A stretch of 64,000 nucleotides of DNA from a virus, in IMG/VR virus record IMGVR_UViG_3300046517_001744, positions 4,885-68,884 of that record; one strand, given 5' to 3'. This document shows positions 20,401-27,940 of the stretch, one piece after another (the stretch's first letter is position 1; each line of letters begins with the position of its first letter). Both the position numbers and the translations under genes were made by a program. Under the pieces are notes generated by a model. It made no database searches. It had not been told where the DNA came from and saw nothing but the letters and a program-made list of their open reading frames with translations.

Positions 20401-23400
20401 TCTCGGCGCCGGAATAGTCGCGCTGGGTGTGTTCGGCCATCGCGTCGCGGCCGGCGGGCGTCATCTGCTTTTCGAGCACCACCACGCGAGTGTTCACCTT
20501 CGTGCCCGCGCGCTCGAACGTCGAGGACGGCAGGTTGATGTCCGCCACCTCGTAGAGACCCTTCGCCTCGGGGCTCTCCATGAACCGCTCGAACTTCTCG
20601 TCGGCTGCCCCGCGCGGGATAAGCGCCACGATCCGGCCCCCGTCGCGCAAGTGATTCGCCGCCTTCCTGATGTGCTCGATCGCCGTGGCGCCGGCGTGGC
20701 CGAACGGCGGGTTCATCACGATGGCGTCGTATTTGTTGACCGCGTGCAGATCCTCGAAGCGGTGCTCGAGCACGTGGGCGCCGGGGCTGGACAGCGCCGC
20801 GCGCGAGGCGAGGTAGGGCGAGGGCTCGACTAGGGCGCGGTCGGCCGTCTCGGGGAAGAACCGCGCGATGGCGCCATGGCCCGCCGAGGGCTCGAGCACC
20901 TTGTCGCCCGGGCGGATGTCAGCCCACTCCACCATCTTGAGGCCGAGCGGCTCCGGCGTGGCGAAGTAGTCTTTGCCCTCGCGCTGGTCGCGGCGGCCGC
21001 CCTTCTTGGCCTCAGCGAAGTAGTAGCTCTTGGCCTTCTGGAACTCCGTCATCGCCTTGGCCAGCGCGCGGTCGGCGGCCTTGCCGCCCTTGCCTTCCCC
21101 GCGGGCGGGCGGATAGGCGGCGCTGTCCAGGAAGGCGTTGATGAAGCTCTCGCGCATGGTGCGCGCCTGGTCGCCCAGGGCGAGGTTCTCGGCGGTCTGC
21201 GAGCGCTCGGCGATCTTGGTGGCGAACGCATGCCGCTCCCAATTCGTGCCGGTGTTCAGGTAGCGGAAGATGGCGTCGCTGGCCTGGCCGATACGATAGA
21301 TGCGCCCCTCGATCTGGATGGCCGCCACGGGGCGCCCAGGCAGGCCCAGGTTCTCGATGGCGCGCTGATGCTTGCCGGTGGTGTCGTGCAGGCTGATCCC
21401 GGCCTGGCCGGCGTCGCTCTGCACGATGATGAGGTTGGGCGGCGCGCCATCGCGATTGAACTGCTGCTTGGCCCGCTCGCGCGCCAACTTCGGCACGGTG
21501 CCGTTGTAGAGGAGCGCGTCGGGGAAGGCGGCGGTCAGCTGCTGGATGGGCGAGCCCAGGGAGGCGATCTCCTCGCCCAGCTTTTCGATGCCGGGATTGG
21601 CCTCGAGGAACTCCGCGTAGCGGCGCGCACCTTCGCCGGGGATGGTCTTACCGTTCTCGTCGGTGATTTCAACGTGCTTCAGTACCTCGAACGGGTCGGT
21701 CAGGCCGCCCTGGATGCGGTCGTGGTAGACGGCGACCTTCCGGCCCAGCGCCAGGTGGGCGCGGATCCTCGGGATGGCGTGCTTGGCCTTGATCGCCTCG
21801 AGGAGCTTCGTGCGCGTGTGGTAGTCGAACGCACTGCGCACCAGCTTGGCGAGGGGCTGATAGCGGTCGTCTGACCCCAGGAAGTCCAGCGCCTTGTCGA
21901 TCCTATTGCCGACGCCATCGTCCACCAGGGCGAACTTGCGGTCGTAGTCCTTGTCGACGTTCAGCACGCGGCCCGACAGCGCCCCGGTACGGCGCAGCCA
22001 TTCGTGGAACTGGCGCTCCATCACGTCGGTCTCGACGCCGGCCTCGGGTTTGGTGAGCTTGCCGACGCGCATCCGGTAGCCGAAGTGGCGCATCATGAAG
22101 GCGTCGCGAGCATTCGGCTGGTTGTAGCCGCGGTTGGTGGGCTCGGGGCCGTAGTCGAATAGGTAGCCGTGGGCGTAGTCGATCGACTTGTCGTAGGCGA
22201 AGGGCGTGGCGCTCAGGAACGTCACTTTCGCGCGGGGTTCGGCCTTGAGGCCCTCGCGCTTGGCGTTGATCTTCTCGTCCAGGGCCGCGCGCGCGTTCGA
22301 CCAGGCTTCGTGCGCCGGCCCATGGATTGCGCCCTCGGGGACCGCCTTCTTGAGCGCATCGACCTTGTCGACCTCCGCGCGCAGCTGCATCTCGGCCTTG
22401 TGGCGCAGGCGGTCAGGGTGATTGGTGATCGCCCGCAGGGTGGCCAGGGCGCGGGTCTCGCTGCCTTCCATATCGGAGGAGAGGCTGTGGGCTTCATCGG
22501 CGACGACAGCGTCCCACGGCCGGTCAGCCAGGGTGCGGTTGTTGGCGGCGTTGGCGTAGGTGGTCAGGACTGTGCGCCCGAGCGGGCCGGCGGTGTCGAT
22601 CCCCTCGAGGAGATGGTGCTTCACGCCCAGCGCGTCGAGCGCCTCTTTCCAGTGGTTCAGGATGCCCTGGGTCGGCGCCAGGACCAGCACGTCCTTCTTC
22701 CCGGCGTTGGCCAGGCGCTTGATGATCCCGCCGCCGGTGAACGTCTTGCCGGTCCCGGTGCCGTTCGTGAACATGACTCCGTGGCCGTCCTCGGCCGCGA
22801 AGCGCTGCTCGGCGAAGGCCACGTCCGCCCGCTGCTCGGGGAAGAGCGTGGGCAGCGCGTCTTCGATGTCGCGGGGGACAGGCGGGGCGTTGGAGCTCTC
22901 GGCGTCCGGGTGCGCCTCGGCGCTGACCGGCTCTAGGTGGGCGGCCTCGTCAGAAGTCCGTTCAAGGTCTGCTGCTGGGATGCGGTCAGGCTGTATTCCT
23001 GCGTCGCGAGTGACGTCGCTTCCGCTGGGCTCACCACCTCCGGCAGGCTGTCCGACAGGCCCGGGTGGTCCCGCGAGTAGGTCGCCAGGGCGTCCTTCTC
23101 CCACAGGAGGGGCGCCACCGTCAGGTACGCCGACGCCACCTTCGGGTCGAACCCCTGGCTCTGCAGGGCCAACTCCCTCGCTTCCAGGGCCTCGTTCAGC
23201 TTCTCCTGGTCCAGCGGGAACAGGCTGCGCGCCATAGGCGTCTGCAGGGGCTGCTCCTTCGCCACCTCGTTCCAGATCCGCGCCGCTATCCCGTACACGG
23301 GCTTTGGCCTCCTCGATCGCCGCGTCGGTCACATCCTCGCGGGGCGTCATCTCCTTGGCGTCGAAGCCAGGGTAATCGCGAAGGGCGTTATACCACATCT

Positions 23401-26400
23401 TCAGATAGGGCGTGGCCCACTCGCCCAGGTCGCGAATCATCGCGTCGGCCCACTCGGCGAACTCGCGCGCCCCGGCCTCGACGTGGTAGCCCGCCAGCGT
23501 GATCCCGGCGTGGATGATGTCGGGGTCGATGCCGCTGTTCATGCGCCGGCGCAACTCGTCGAGCTTCTTGCGCGCCGCGTCGGCCGCCTCCTTGGTGAAG
23601 AGCTTGTTCTTCTCGCCGTAGCCGGTCCCGGGCGGCGTCTCGGCTTTGGCCTGGGCTTCCCTCGCCTCCGGGGTGGCGGCGATGGGCTTGGGTGGCTCCG
23701 GGGGCTCGGGGTTGTCGTGGTGCCAGAGGTCAGTCTTCGCCTGGACGCGCGCCTTCTCGGCCGCCTGCGCCAATTCGCTCGCCTTCGCCCACTCGTCGGC
23801 GGCGCCGGCCTCGCGCTCCTTCGCCGCGGCGATCTCCTTCGGGTCCGTGGAGCGGTTCTGGACGTTCTGCGCCTTGACGACGCGCTCCATGGCGTCGCCC
23901 TTCGTGTCGATGTGCTGGGCGAGCGTCTCCTCGGCGTCGGCCAGGCGCTCGAGGATCTTGTCGCGCGCGGTCTTCTCGCCGCCGCCAATCCCCATCCGCG
24001 CGGCCAGCTGCTCGCGGGCGCGCTGATAGTTGCGCGCGACCATCGGGTAGTCGTCGGGCAGGCCCCACTTCGCCCGGTACTGCTCGGGGCTCAAGTTGTA
24101 GTTGTTGCGCAGATGCGCCTTGAGCGAGCGGAACTTCCGGCCGCTCTCGAGGTCGACGATGTACTCAGGCGTCACCGACTCGTCGATCGGCACCGCGGGC
24201 TTCTGGCCGCTGGGGACGCCGCCCTTGGGGATCGGCGGCGTCGTGGCGAAGAGGTCGCCCTTCTCCGGCTCCGGGGCGCCGAAGAGGCCACCGGCCTCCT
24301 GCTGGGGCACTTTCGCGTGCAGTGGGCCCGCGCGGGCAGCCGCGGCCTGGCGGGCGCTGCGCTCGCCGCCGGCCAAGAGCTGCTGCTGCACCGTCTCGCC
24401 GCCGATGTCCTGGCGCTCGACGGCTGGGGCCGCGCCCCCGGGGGGTCCGTTGCCGTCATCGGCGTCCAGTAACTCACCGTAGAGCGGCTGATAGTCGCCC
24501 CGGTGGCGCTGCAGCCAATCGCGGGCGTGCGCCCGCGCCTCCGGCGACAGGGTCGAAAGCGGCCGAGGATAGGGCGCGCCCTTGAACTGCTTCTCGTTTC
24601 GCCGGGCGTAGCGGCCGACTTCGTGAAGGTAGTTGTCGCCCTCGCTCTGGGGATTGGCGAACTCCGGCACGTCCTCGGGCGTCTCGCCACGCAAGCGCGC
24701 CGCTTCGGCGCGGAGCTTGCGAGCGTTGTGGGCATAGACCGCGCGCGCCTGGCGCGCCGAGTCGATGGAGAAGCCGCTGGCTTCAGACCCGAACTCGCGC
24801 TCGTGGTTGCCGATCTGGAAGTTGAAACTGTCCGCCGCGGCCTGGGCCTCAGCGGCATCGTCCTCGAACTCCTCGGCGGTCCTGGGTGGCCGGCGTTCGC
24901 CTTTCTTGTTGGTGCGCGCCTGCCTGCGCGCCTGCGCGCCCTCGGGCGCCTGGGCTGGTTCCGGCTTGGCCGCCGCGGTGGGTTCGGGAGCGGGCGTGCC
25001 GGGGAAGTCACCCTTCGCCTCAGCTGCGCGGTGCGCCTCAAGCACCTTCTCGGCCGCGACGCTGGCCGCCACCTGTTCCGTGGGATAGGGCGATGAGAAG
25101 TGCGCGCCTTTGCCGCCGAAGCGGCCGATCACCACCCGCCATTCGCCGTTGGCATGATGAAGCCTCACCTCAGTCCCGTCCGGCAGCGGGATGCGCAGGG
25201 CGCGCTCCTTGCTCGCACGCCACGCCTTCAGGATGTTCGCAGCTTCGGCTTCGATTTCGTCGCCGGTGAGTTCTACGGCAGGCGGCGCCTCGGCAGGTTC
25301 TGGCGTCTGATCTTCACCACCGCCTCCTGCGCTCGCAGGAGGTTGGACAGCACCTTCTTCCTCTCGGGGCTCTTGGTCGCGGCCAGGAGCGCCCTCAGGC
25401 TCGAAGCCCGGTCCGAGCTCACTTTCAGCGCCTGCACCGGCGGCAGAGAGCCACTCGTGCTCTTCAGGGGTGAGCTCGGCATCGATCAGCCCTTCGTATC
25501 GGTCCGCGTCCGCCCCGCTGGCTTCGCCGCGCACCGCTTCGCGTTCTAGCACGTCGCCGAGGAGCTCGTCATAGCCGACGTCCTCGGCGTGCTTGACGCC
25601 CAGGTCCTTCGCGCGCGCCTTCAGGTCGGCCATCGCCGCGCCGTCGGCTTTCACCCACTGCCCGCGCCAGGCGGCCAGCTTGGCGGCGGCCTGGGGCAGC
25701 GGCTCGGTCATGACGCCCACGCCGGCAGAGTTCATCTGCTGCTCGAGGTCGCCGCGGCGCGCGTCGGCGTCCTTCGCGCTGGGGTGCACGACGCGCTCGG
25801 CCCCCATGCCCTTCTCGAGGAGGTCGAGGAGGTCTTGCATGTTGTCGCCCGGGTTGGCCCCGGTCGGCTGGTGCTCGTCGTAGGTTTTGATCCCGAACCA
25901 GCCGCGATCCTGCAGCGCCAGGCGCATATCGTCGGGATAGAGGCCGGTCTTGTTGTTCACCGCGCCCGGCGGCAGCCCGCGGTTGCTGGTGATGTAGGAG
26001 CCCGCGTCAGTGAGCTCACCGTCAGGCGTCTTGGTCCTGATCCCGCCCAGGTCGCGGATCGCCTGCCAGATCGAGTAGCCCTTGGGCGCGCCGTTGCGCA
26101 GCTCCGCGATGTCGCTGATCGCCTGGGGCATCTGCTCGAGCGGCGCGCCGTGCTGGATGCGCGCAGCCTCGAAGTCGCCCGGCAGCACCACCGCATCGCT
26201 CGCCGGCACCACCGCGCGGCCCGCTGGCGTCTGGACGACGAGCATGCGCTGGCCGCCGTCGCCCACCTCGTCGCCGATCACCCGGCCGTGGGTAGGGTTT
26301 CGGCCCGCGTCGAAGAGCACGTAGTCGCCGACGGCCACGGGGCCTGCGCGGGCGGCCTGCTTGGCCTGGAACGCCGCTTCCTTGTCGGGCGTCCATGTCG

Positions 26401-27940
26401 AAGGCTCATCCGGGTGGGCCAGTTTGCGCGCCTCATCGACGGCCTGCTCGCGGGTGAGCGGCTCGCCACCGAGGCCGGCGACGGTTTGCACAATCTCTCC
26501 GGGGCGGGCCACATCGACGGTGAAGGCGCCCGGCTTCGTGGGATGGCGCGTGACCCGGTAGGCCATGCCTCCGCTGGTCGCTTCCCCATACCGCTCGAGG
26601 TTGGCGGCGAAACGCTCAGCGTCCGGCTGCGTAGGCTCGGGCTCGACGGGACCCTTCCCGGCGTAGGCGCGGATCGCGTTCGTCGTGGGGATCTCGTCGA
26701 GGCTTGGCGCGGGCGCAGCGCCGGGCGGCGTCTCGGCGCGGCGCAGGCGCTCCTTCACCGCGCCTATCGCCTCGTGGCCGCCGTGCAGCACCAGGCCGCC
26801 GGCCGCCATCATCGCCGCCGACTGCGGCACCTGGTCGTACCAGGGCCGGTTGGGGTCGTAGGTCTGCTGCGCGACGAGGTTGGAGCCGGTCTGCATCGCG
26901 GCGCCCAGGCCCGCATCGCCCAGCACGTTCGCGCCCAGCCGCGCCGCGACGGGCCCGATCCAGCGCTTCACCACCGCAGCGACCGGCGCGGTGAGCTCGG
27001 CGACCGGGATGATGCCAACGGCGCCCTGGACAGCGGCTTCGCCCGCCGCCGCCGCCCGCGCCGTGGCCTCGTCCGCGCCCTTTGCCTTCGCCTCCTCGTA
27101 GCCCTGGCCGTAGCCCATGGCGCCGAAGGCCGCGACGCCCGCCTCCGGGGCGACCATGGACGCAGCCAGCGGCGGGACGAACTCGCCGGCGCCGTGCAGG
27201 AAGGATTCAACCGGCGTGCGCTGGGCGGGCTCGACAGCTTGCCCGGCCACCTCGAGGCTGGTTGCGACCGGTGCAGCGCTGCTCTCAAAGCCGTGCGCCG
27301 TCGCCTCCTGAATTTGAGCCGGGGTATAGCCCGCGTCCGAGAGTGCTATGTCAGACGCGAGGTGGGAGCCTGGGATGACGTCGGCCAACTGACCTGCGCC
27401 CTTGACGATCTTCCCCGCGCCCTCGAGTGCGCCGCCCAGGAGCGAGCCGCCCTTGCGCGCCGCCTGCTCGAGGAAGCCCTTCGGTGCAGGATCCGGCGCA
27501 ATGGCCCCGGGCCAGACGCCCGCTTCCGGCATCGCGACGTGCAGGTGCGAGCCCTGGCCGCCATGCTCGGCCTCGGCCAGCGTCGATGGGAAGAGGCCAG
27601 GCTGGCGTGCGTTCAGCCGCGCCTGCACCTGGGCCGGGGTCATCCCCTCAACGGTGATGTCATGCGCGCCGGGGGCTTCCTGAGTGCCGGTGCTGTGTGT
27701 CGAGACGTGGCCCGGCGCGACGGTGAGCGCACCTTGCGCGCGCAGCTGATCCTCGCGCGCCTGCGAGCGCCAGCCGCCGGTGTCCTTCCACTTGCCCGCG
27801 CCGAACGTGGCGTCCATCGCCGCCTTGAAGTCCGGCGCAGCGAGATAGCCGCCGCGCGGCGCTGGGGCCTCGGCGACTTGCCCGGGCCACGCATCGCCGC
27901 CCGGAGGCTGCGCCACCTGGCCCGGATAGGTGTCGCTCAC
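14438..27940 (-). CDS. Giant (4500 aa) DarB-like polyvalent virion/ejection protein
   Basis: M15-like peptidase (~27540-27830), Ros/MucR (~23985-24205), SF2 helicase GTGTGKT/DEAH/SATP (~21100-22870), N6-MTase EPSAGHG/MNPPF (~20470-20980), EEVQSDW domain (~18960), HEAIH zincin (~17360); lies next to ejection genes. Confidence 0.85.
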   Translation of the reverse strand: MSDTYPGQVAQPPGGDAWPGQVAEAPAPRGGYLAAPDFKAAMDATFGAGKWKDTGGWRSQAREDQLRAQGALTVAPGHVSTHSTGTQEAPGAHDITVEGMTPAQVQARLNARQPGLFPSTLAEAEHGGQGSHLHVAMPEAGVWPGAIAPDPAPKGFLEQAARKGGSLLGGALEGAGKIVKGAGQLADVIPGSHLASDIALSDAGYTPAQIQEATAHGFESSAAPVATSLEVAGQAVEPAQRTPVESFLHGAGEFVPPLAASMVAPEAGVAAFGAMGYGQGYEEAKAKGADEATARAAAAGEAAVQGAVGIIPVAELTAPVAAVVKRWIGPVAARLGANVLGDAGLGAAMQTGSNLVAQQTYDPNRPWYDQVPQSAAMMAAGGLVLHGGHEAIGAVKERLRRAETPPGAAPAPSLDEIPTTNAIRAYAGKGPVEPEPTQPDAERFAANLERYGEATSGGMAYRVTRHPTKPGAFTVDVARPGEIVQTVAGLGGEPLTREQAVDEARKLAHPDEPSTWTPDKEAAFQAKQAARAGPVAVGDYVLFDAGRNPTHGRVIGDEVGDGGQRMLVVQTPAGRAVVPASDAVVLPGDFEAARIQHGAPLEQMPQAISDIAELRNGAPKGYSIWQAIRDLGGIRTKTPDGELTDAGSYITSNRGLPPGAVNNKTGLYPDDMRLALQDRGWFGIKTYDEHQPTGANPGDNMQDLLDLLEKGMGAERVVHPSAKDADARRGDLEQQMNSAGVGVMTEPLPQAAAKLAAWRGQWVKADGAAMADLKARAKDLGVKHAEDVGYDELLGDVLEREAVRGEASGADADRYEGLIDAELTPEEHEWLSAAGAGAESELGPGFEPEGAPGRDQEPREEEGAVQPPASAGGGGEDQTPEPAEAPPAVELTGDEIEAEAANILKAWRASKERALRIPLPDGTEVRLHHANGEWRVVIGRFGGKGAHFSSPYPTEQVAASVAAEKVLEAHRAAEAKGDFPGTPAPEPTAAAKPEPAQAPEGAQARRQARTNKKGERRPPRTAEEFEDDAAEAQAAADSFNFQIGNHEREFGSEASGFSIDSARQARAVYAHNARKLRAEAARLRGETPEDVPEFANPQSEGDNYLHEVGRYARRNEKQFKGAPYPRPLSTLSPEARAHARDWLQRHRGDYQPLYGELLDADDGNGPPGGAAPAVERQDIGGETVQQQLLAGGERSARQAAAARAGPLHAKVPQQEAGGLFGAPEPEKGDLFATTPPIPKGGVPSGQKPAVPIDESVTPEYIVDLESGRKFRSLKAHLRNNYNLSPEQYRAKWGLPDDYPMVARNYQRAREQLAARMGIGGGEKTARDKILERLADAEETLAQHIDTKGDAMERVVKAQNVQNRSTDPKEIAAAKEREAGAADEWAKASELAQAAEKARVQAKTDLWHHDNPEPPEPPKPIAATPEAREAQAKAETPPGTGYGEKNKLFTKEAADAARKKLDELRRRMNSGIDPDIIHAGITLAGYHVEAGAREFAEWADAMIRDLGEWATPYLKMWYNALRDYPGFDAKEMTPREDVTDAAIEEAKARVRDSGADLERGGEGAAPADAYGAQPVPAGPGEAERGPGSEGVGPAEPGVRPEGGVGVPDGGAPPVGEGRPGDLLAGPPGPVGQPAGGGEPSGSDVTRDAGIQPDRIPAADLERTSDEAAHLEPVSAEAHPDAESSNAPPVPRDIEDALPTLFPEQRADVAFAEQRFAAEDGHGVMFTNGTGTGKTFTGGGIIKRLANAGKKDVLVLAPTQGILNHWKEALDALGVKHHLLEGIDTAGPLGRTVLTTYANAANNRTLADRPWDAVVADEAHSLSSDMEGSETRALATLRAITNHPDRLRHKAEMQLRAEVDKVDALKKAVPEGAIHGPAHEAWSNARAALDEKINAKREGLKAEPRAKVTFLSATPFAYDKSIDYAHGYLFDYGPEPTNRGYNQPNARDAFMMRHFGYRMRVGKLTKPEAGVETDVMERQFHEWLRRTGALSGRVLNVDKDYDRKFALVDDGVGNRIDKALDFLGSDDRYQPLAKLVRSAFDYHTRTKLLEAIKAKHAIPRIRAHLALGRKVAVYHDRIQGGLTDPFEVLKHVEITDENGKTIPGEGARRYAEFLEANPGIEKLGEEIASLGSPIQQLTAAFPDALLYNGTVPKLARERAKQQFNRDGAPPNLIIVQSDAGQAGISLHDTTGKHQRAIENLGLPGRPVAAIQIEGRIYRIGQASDAIFRYLNTGTNWERHAFATKIAERSQTAENLALGDQARTMRESFINAFLDSAAYPPARGEGKGGKAADRALAKAMTEFQKAKSYYFAEAKKGGRRDQREGKDYFATPEPLGLKMVEWADIRPGDKVLEPSAGHGAIARFFPETADRALVEPSPYLASRAALSSPGAHVLEHRFEDLHAVNKYDAIVMNPPFGHAGATAIEHIRKAANHLRDGGRIVALIPRGAADEKFERFMESPEAKGLYEVADINLPSSTFERAGTKVNTRVVVLEKQMTPAGRDAMAEHTQRDYSGAEKIGDLFDRIEHATLKERVRQAAEPVAEVRATPADRRNAEIVASGTRRFIPAETTHGKTGEKLFVATATERMASDEYKAINALAKQHGGFYSSFRGGDAIPGFQFKSEDERRAFIDAASGESDIAPKFQVERREPQHDLFAGVEPLTPRPAKGPFAEPAPDPGREHFDQNHADLYRLAQKVGTPEQRKAEAGRLASEMGQFMDWTDDEGMAAGREPRASDMMRTAREYAQHFKETGKQSWYDADAYHDLLQRWYEHQGGERPQFQRETPGARPIFYSAVERLVDQAPMRAASPGQWRATLKNAPGIKQDELNWMGVNDWLDLFPADEKVSKEAVAAYVRDHGVKVEENVLGSQPGNRALEEEVMQRANASYDEALSVAVDDHMDRYPDDDEDAVREQISDRMDFDLYESAAREALIPDTEFDQWRLPGGDKNYHELLLTLPQIDRPPATHWDTEGVMAHVRFNERAAPDGKRVLFIEEVQSDWHQKGRDQGYARAPDAAEITRTRDAFDKAEQERLEAAQEIMPKVRELLTQRMTEMRREFDTAHDEWMAARKGYEEGNRSVTQENAVQRAKLATESIARSITTLKERGDSILDPESGAGLVAQARALDNLAHNNTIFQSGNPIAYDLARLREALAPKTLAVDEARQEYMRAQDPGGIPDAPFKTSWPALVMKRVIRWAADNGYDRVAWTTGDQQNERYDLGAHIERIGVLPAEGSQDGSLLVRVPNRVARVLADHGEPLNDYAQGDQSIRMAPPKVLEVFGRDLGGRMVAEADRLREAGKFGMHQRVWLNGEDLNIGGEGMRAFYDRNLVNITNDLIKKHGGKVETVKVEEPELPRLRERLRSAQEARDVSASRLAEVGITDGGTIQRRIEEHAARIAEHQRVVAEAERGLEQHGFDITDKLREAASGGFPLFRVEGQSHVGFAGKGAHLIADLYGIPADATGPHAEAIRAVAEQIARIAPHAKVKAFEKLTDEGYYGAANKEVVGATYRRGAQHVIAWSLRTPDAAHTGNHEAIHALRNAGFFEGKEWQTLEEASLDQGWAEKYGVTERWGELPWDQELEESIAERFANWQKGDGADLSSPVKLVFHKLERLAGAVAGAVRKIFGQDATAEDILRRIASGEVGERAIGSGSKPAPVKFQRKGQEPDEGPRGPVKFINRVLGHGVDAVGHKLARAAERAVPDPILDLADEAKMALSPMGAGSARAQASAKDFANELRTSAYQWDRVDKWLTSRFSVEQQKKMWEAADEHGVLLRRGIEPGPDEGLNRLTPDERAATEELQRRADATFEQAQSLGMINSEGLESYVPRMGVVMTLGGPRVLSNATPRQAARGGNLSTTTGQMRQRKYETAEETEAAMKKAFGEGAMVVRSIRTLGLATQRLERAIAGRVFVNKIKAMSGDAGADLVVEGGKPDGRDYFTIDHPALQKWAPKLIKDKESGKWAAAKDQNGDITFEATPIWISKEFEGPMKAVLSQPTSGLVRALGDLKGKMMSVIMYSPLMHNAVIWGKAIPADPRGVISLQAYRRGYQAKNDPATMQEAMRAGLDPIGRRFFNQDITSIAEGPNIVPGRSWTSQVLAYVPGLFDPAAGDAVKRAVDKLGDVWHNTFLWDRVADLQMGLYTHIRDQLLRQGNTTGIGAKDAQRIAAHFANRYAGALPMEGMSKLARETANLLLFSRSFTLGNLAAYKDIFKGMPSDVRSQIMMDGGIGALERVQGAARRKALSMMVMDVALSYAGLFLAAGLAAWLTHQKFQAPWENEEDRQKRFLIGYQPDGTAIYGRLPTGKVGEEMQDWLTEPREILLRKLSPYGRLLYALAANDKGFGRKLYLPDDPLYKNAARVGWFAMEGVAPVGQLQGMSDAVTGAQDRKTATLQALAPIAGVTISKGAPGGPIMSDFYKAKDAHDFAVQEAMPGIRRQIVAGDIPGARAKMAALGIAPSLQNFYVRTARAPGGRLRGRALADFMRYATPDQKAAMARDRAAAAARAEDVTP
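22933..23298 (-). CDS. Nested +1-frame gene inside the giant gene (121 aa, helical)
   Basis: GAGGAGG SD 9 nt before GTG; GC3-rich codons in this frame while the giant frame becomes a G/P/E/A linker. Confidence 0.7.
   Translation of the reverse strand: MYGIAARIWNEVAKEQPLQTPMARSLFPLDQEKLNEALEARELALQSQGFDPKVASAYLTVAPLLWEKDALATYSRDHPGLSDSLPEVVSPAEATSLATQEYSLTASQQQTLNGLLTRPPT
25273..25482 (-). CDS. Second candidate nested +1-frame gene (69 aa, basic)
   Basis: GAAGGG before ATG; GC3-rich codons, amphipathic helix; giant frame is a low-complexity linker here. Confidence 0.45.
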   Translation of the reverse strand: MPSSPLKSTSGSLPPVQALKVSSDRASSLRALLAATKSPERKKVLSNLLRAQEAVVKIRRQNLPRRRLP

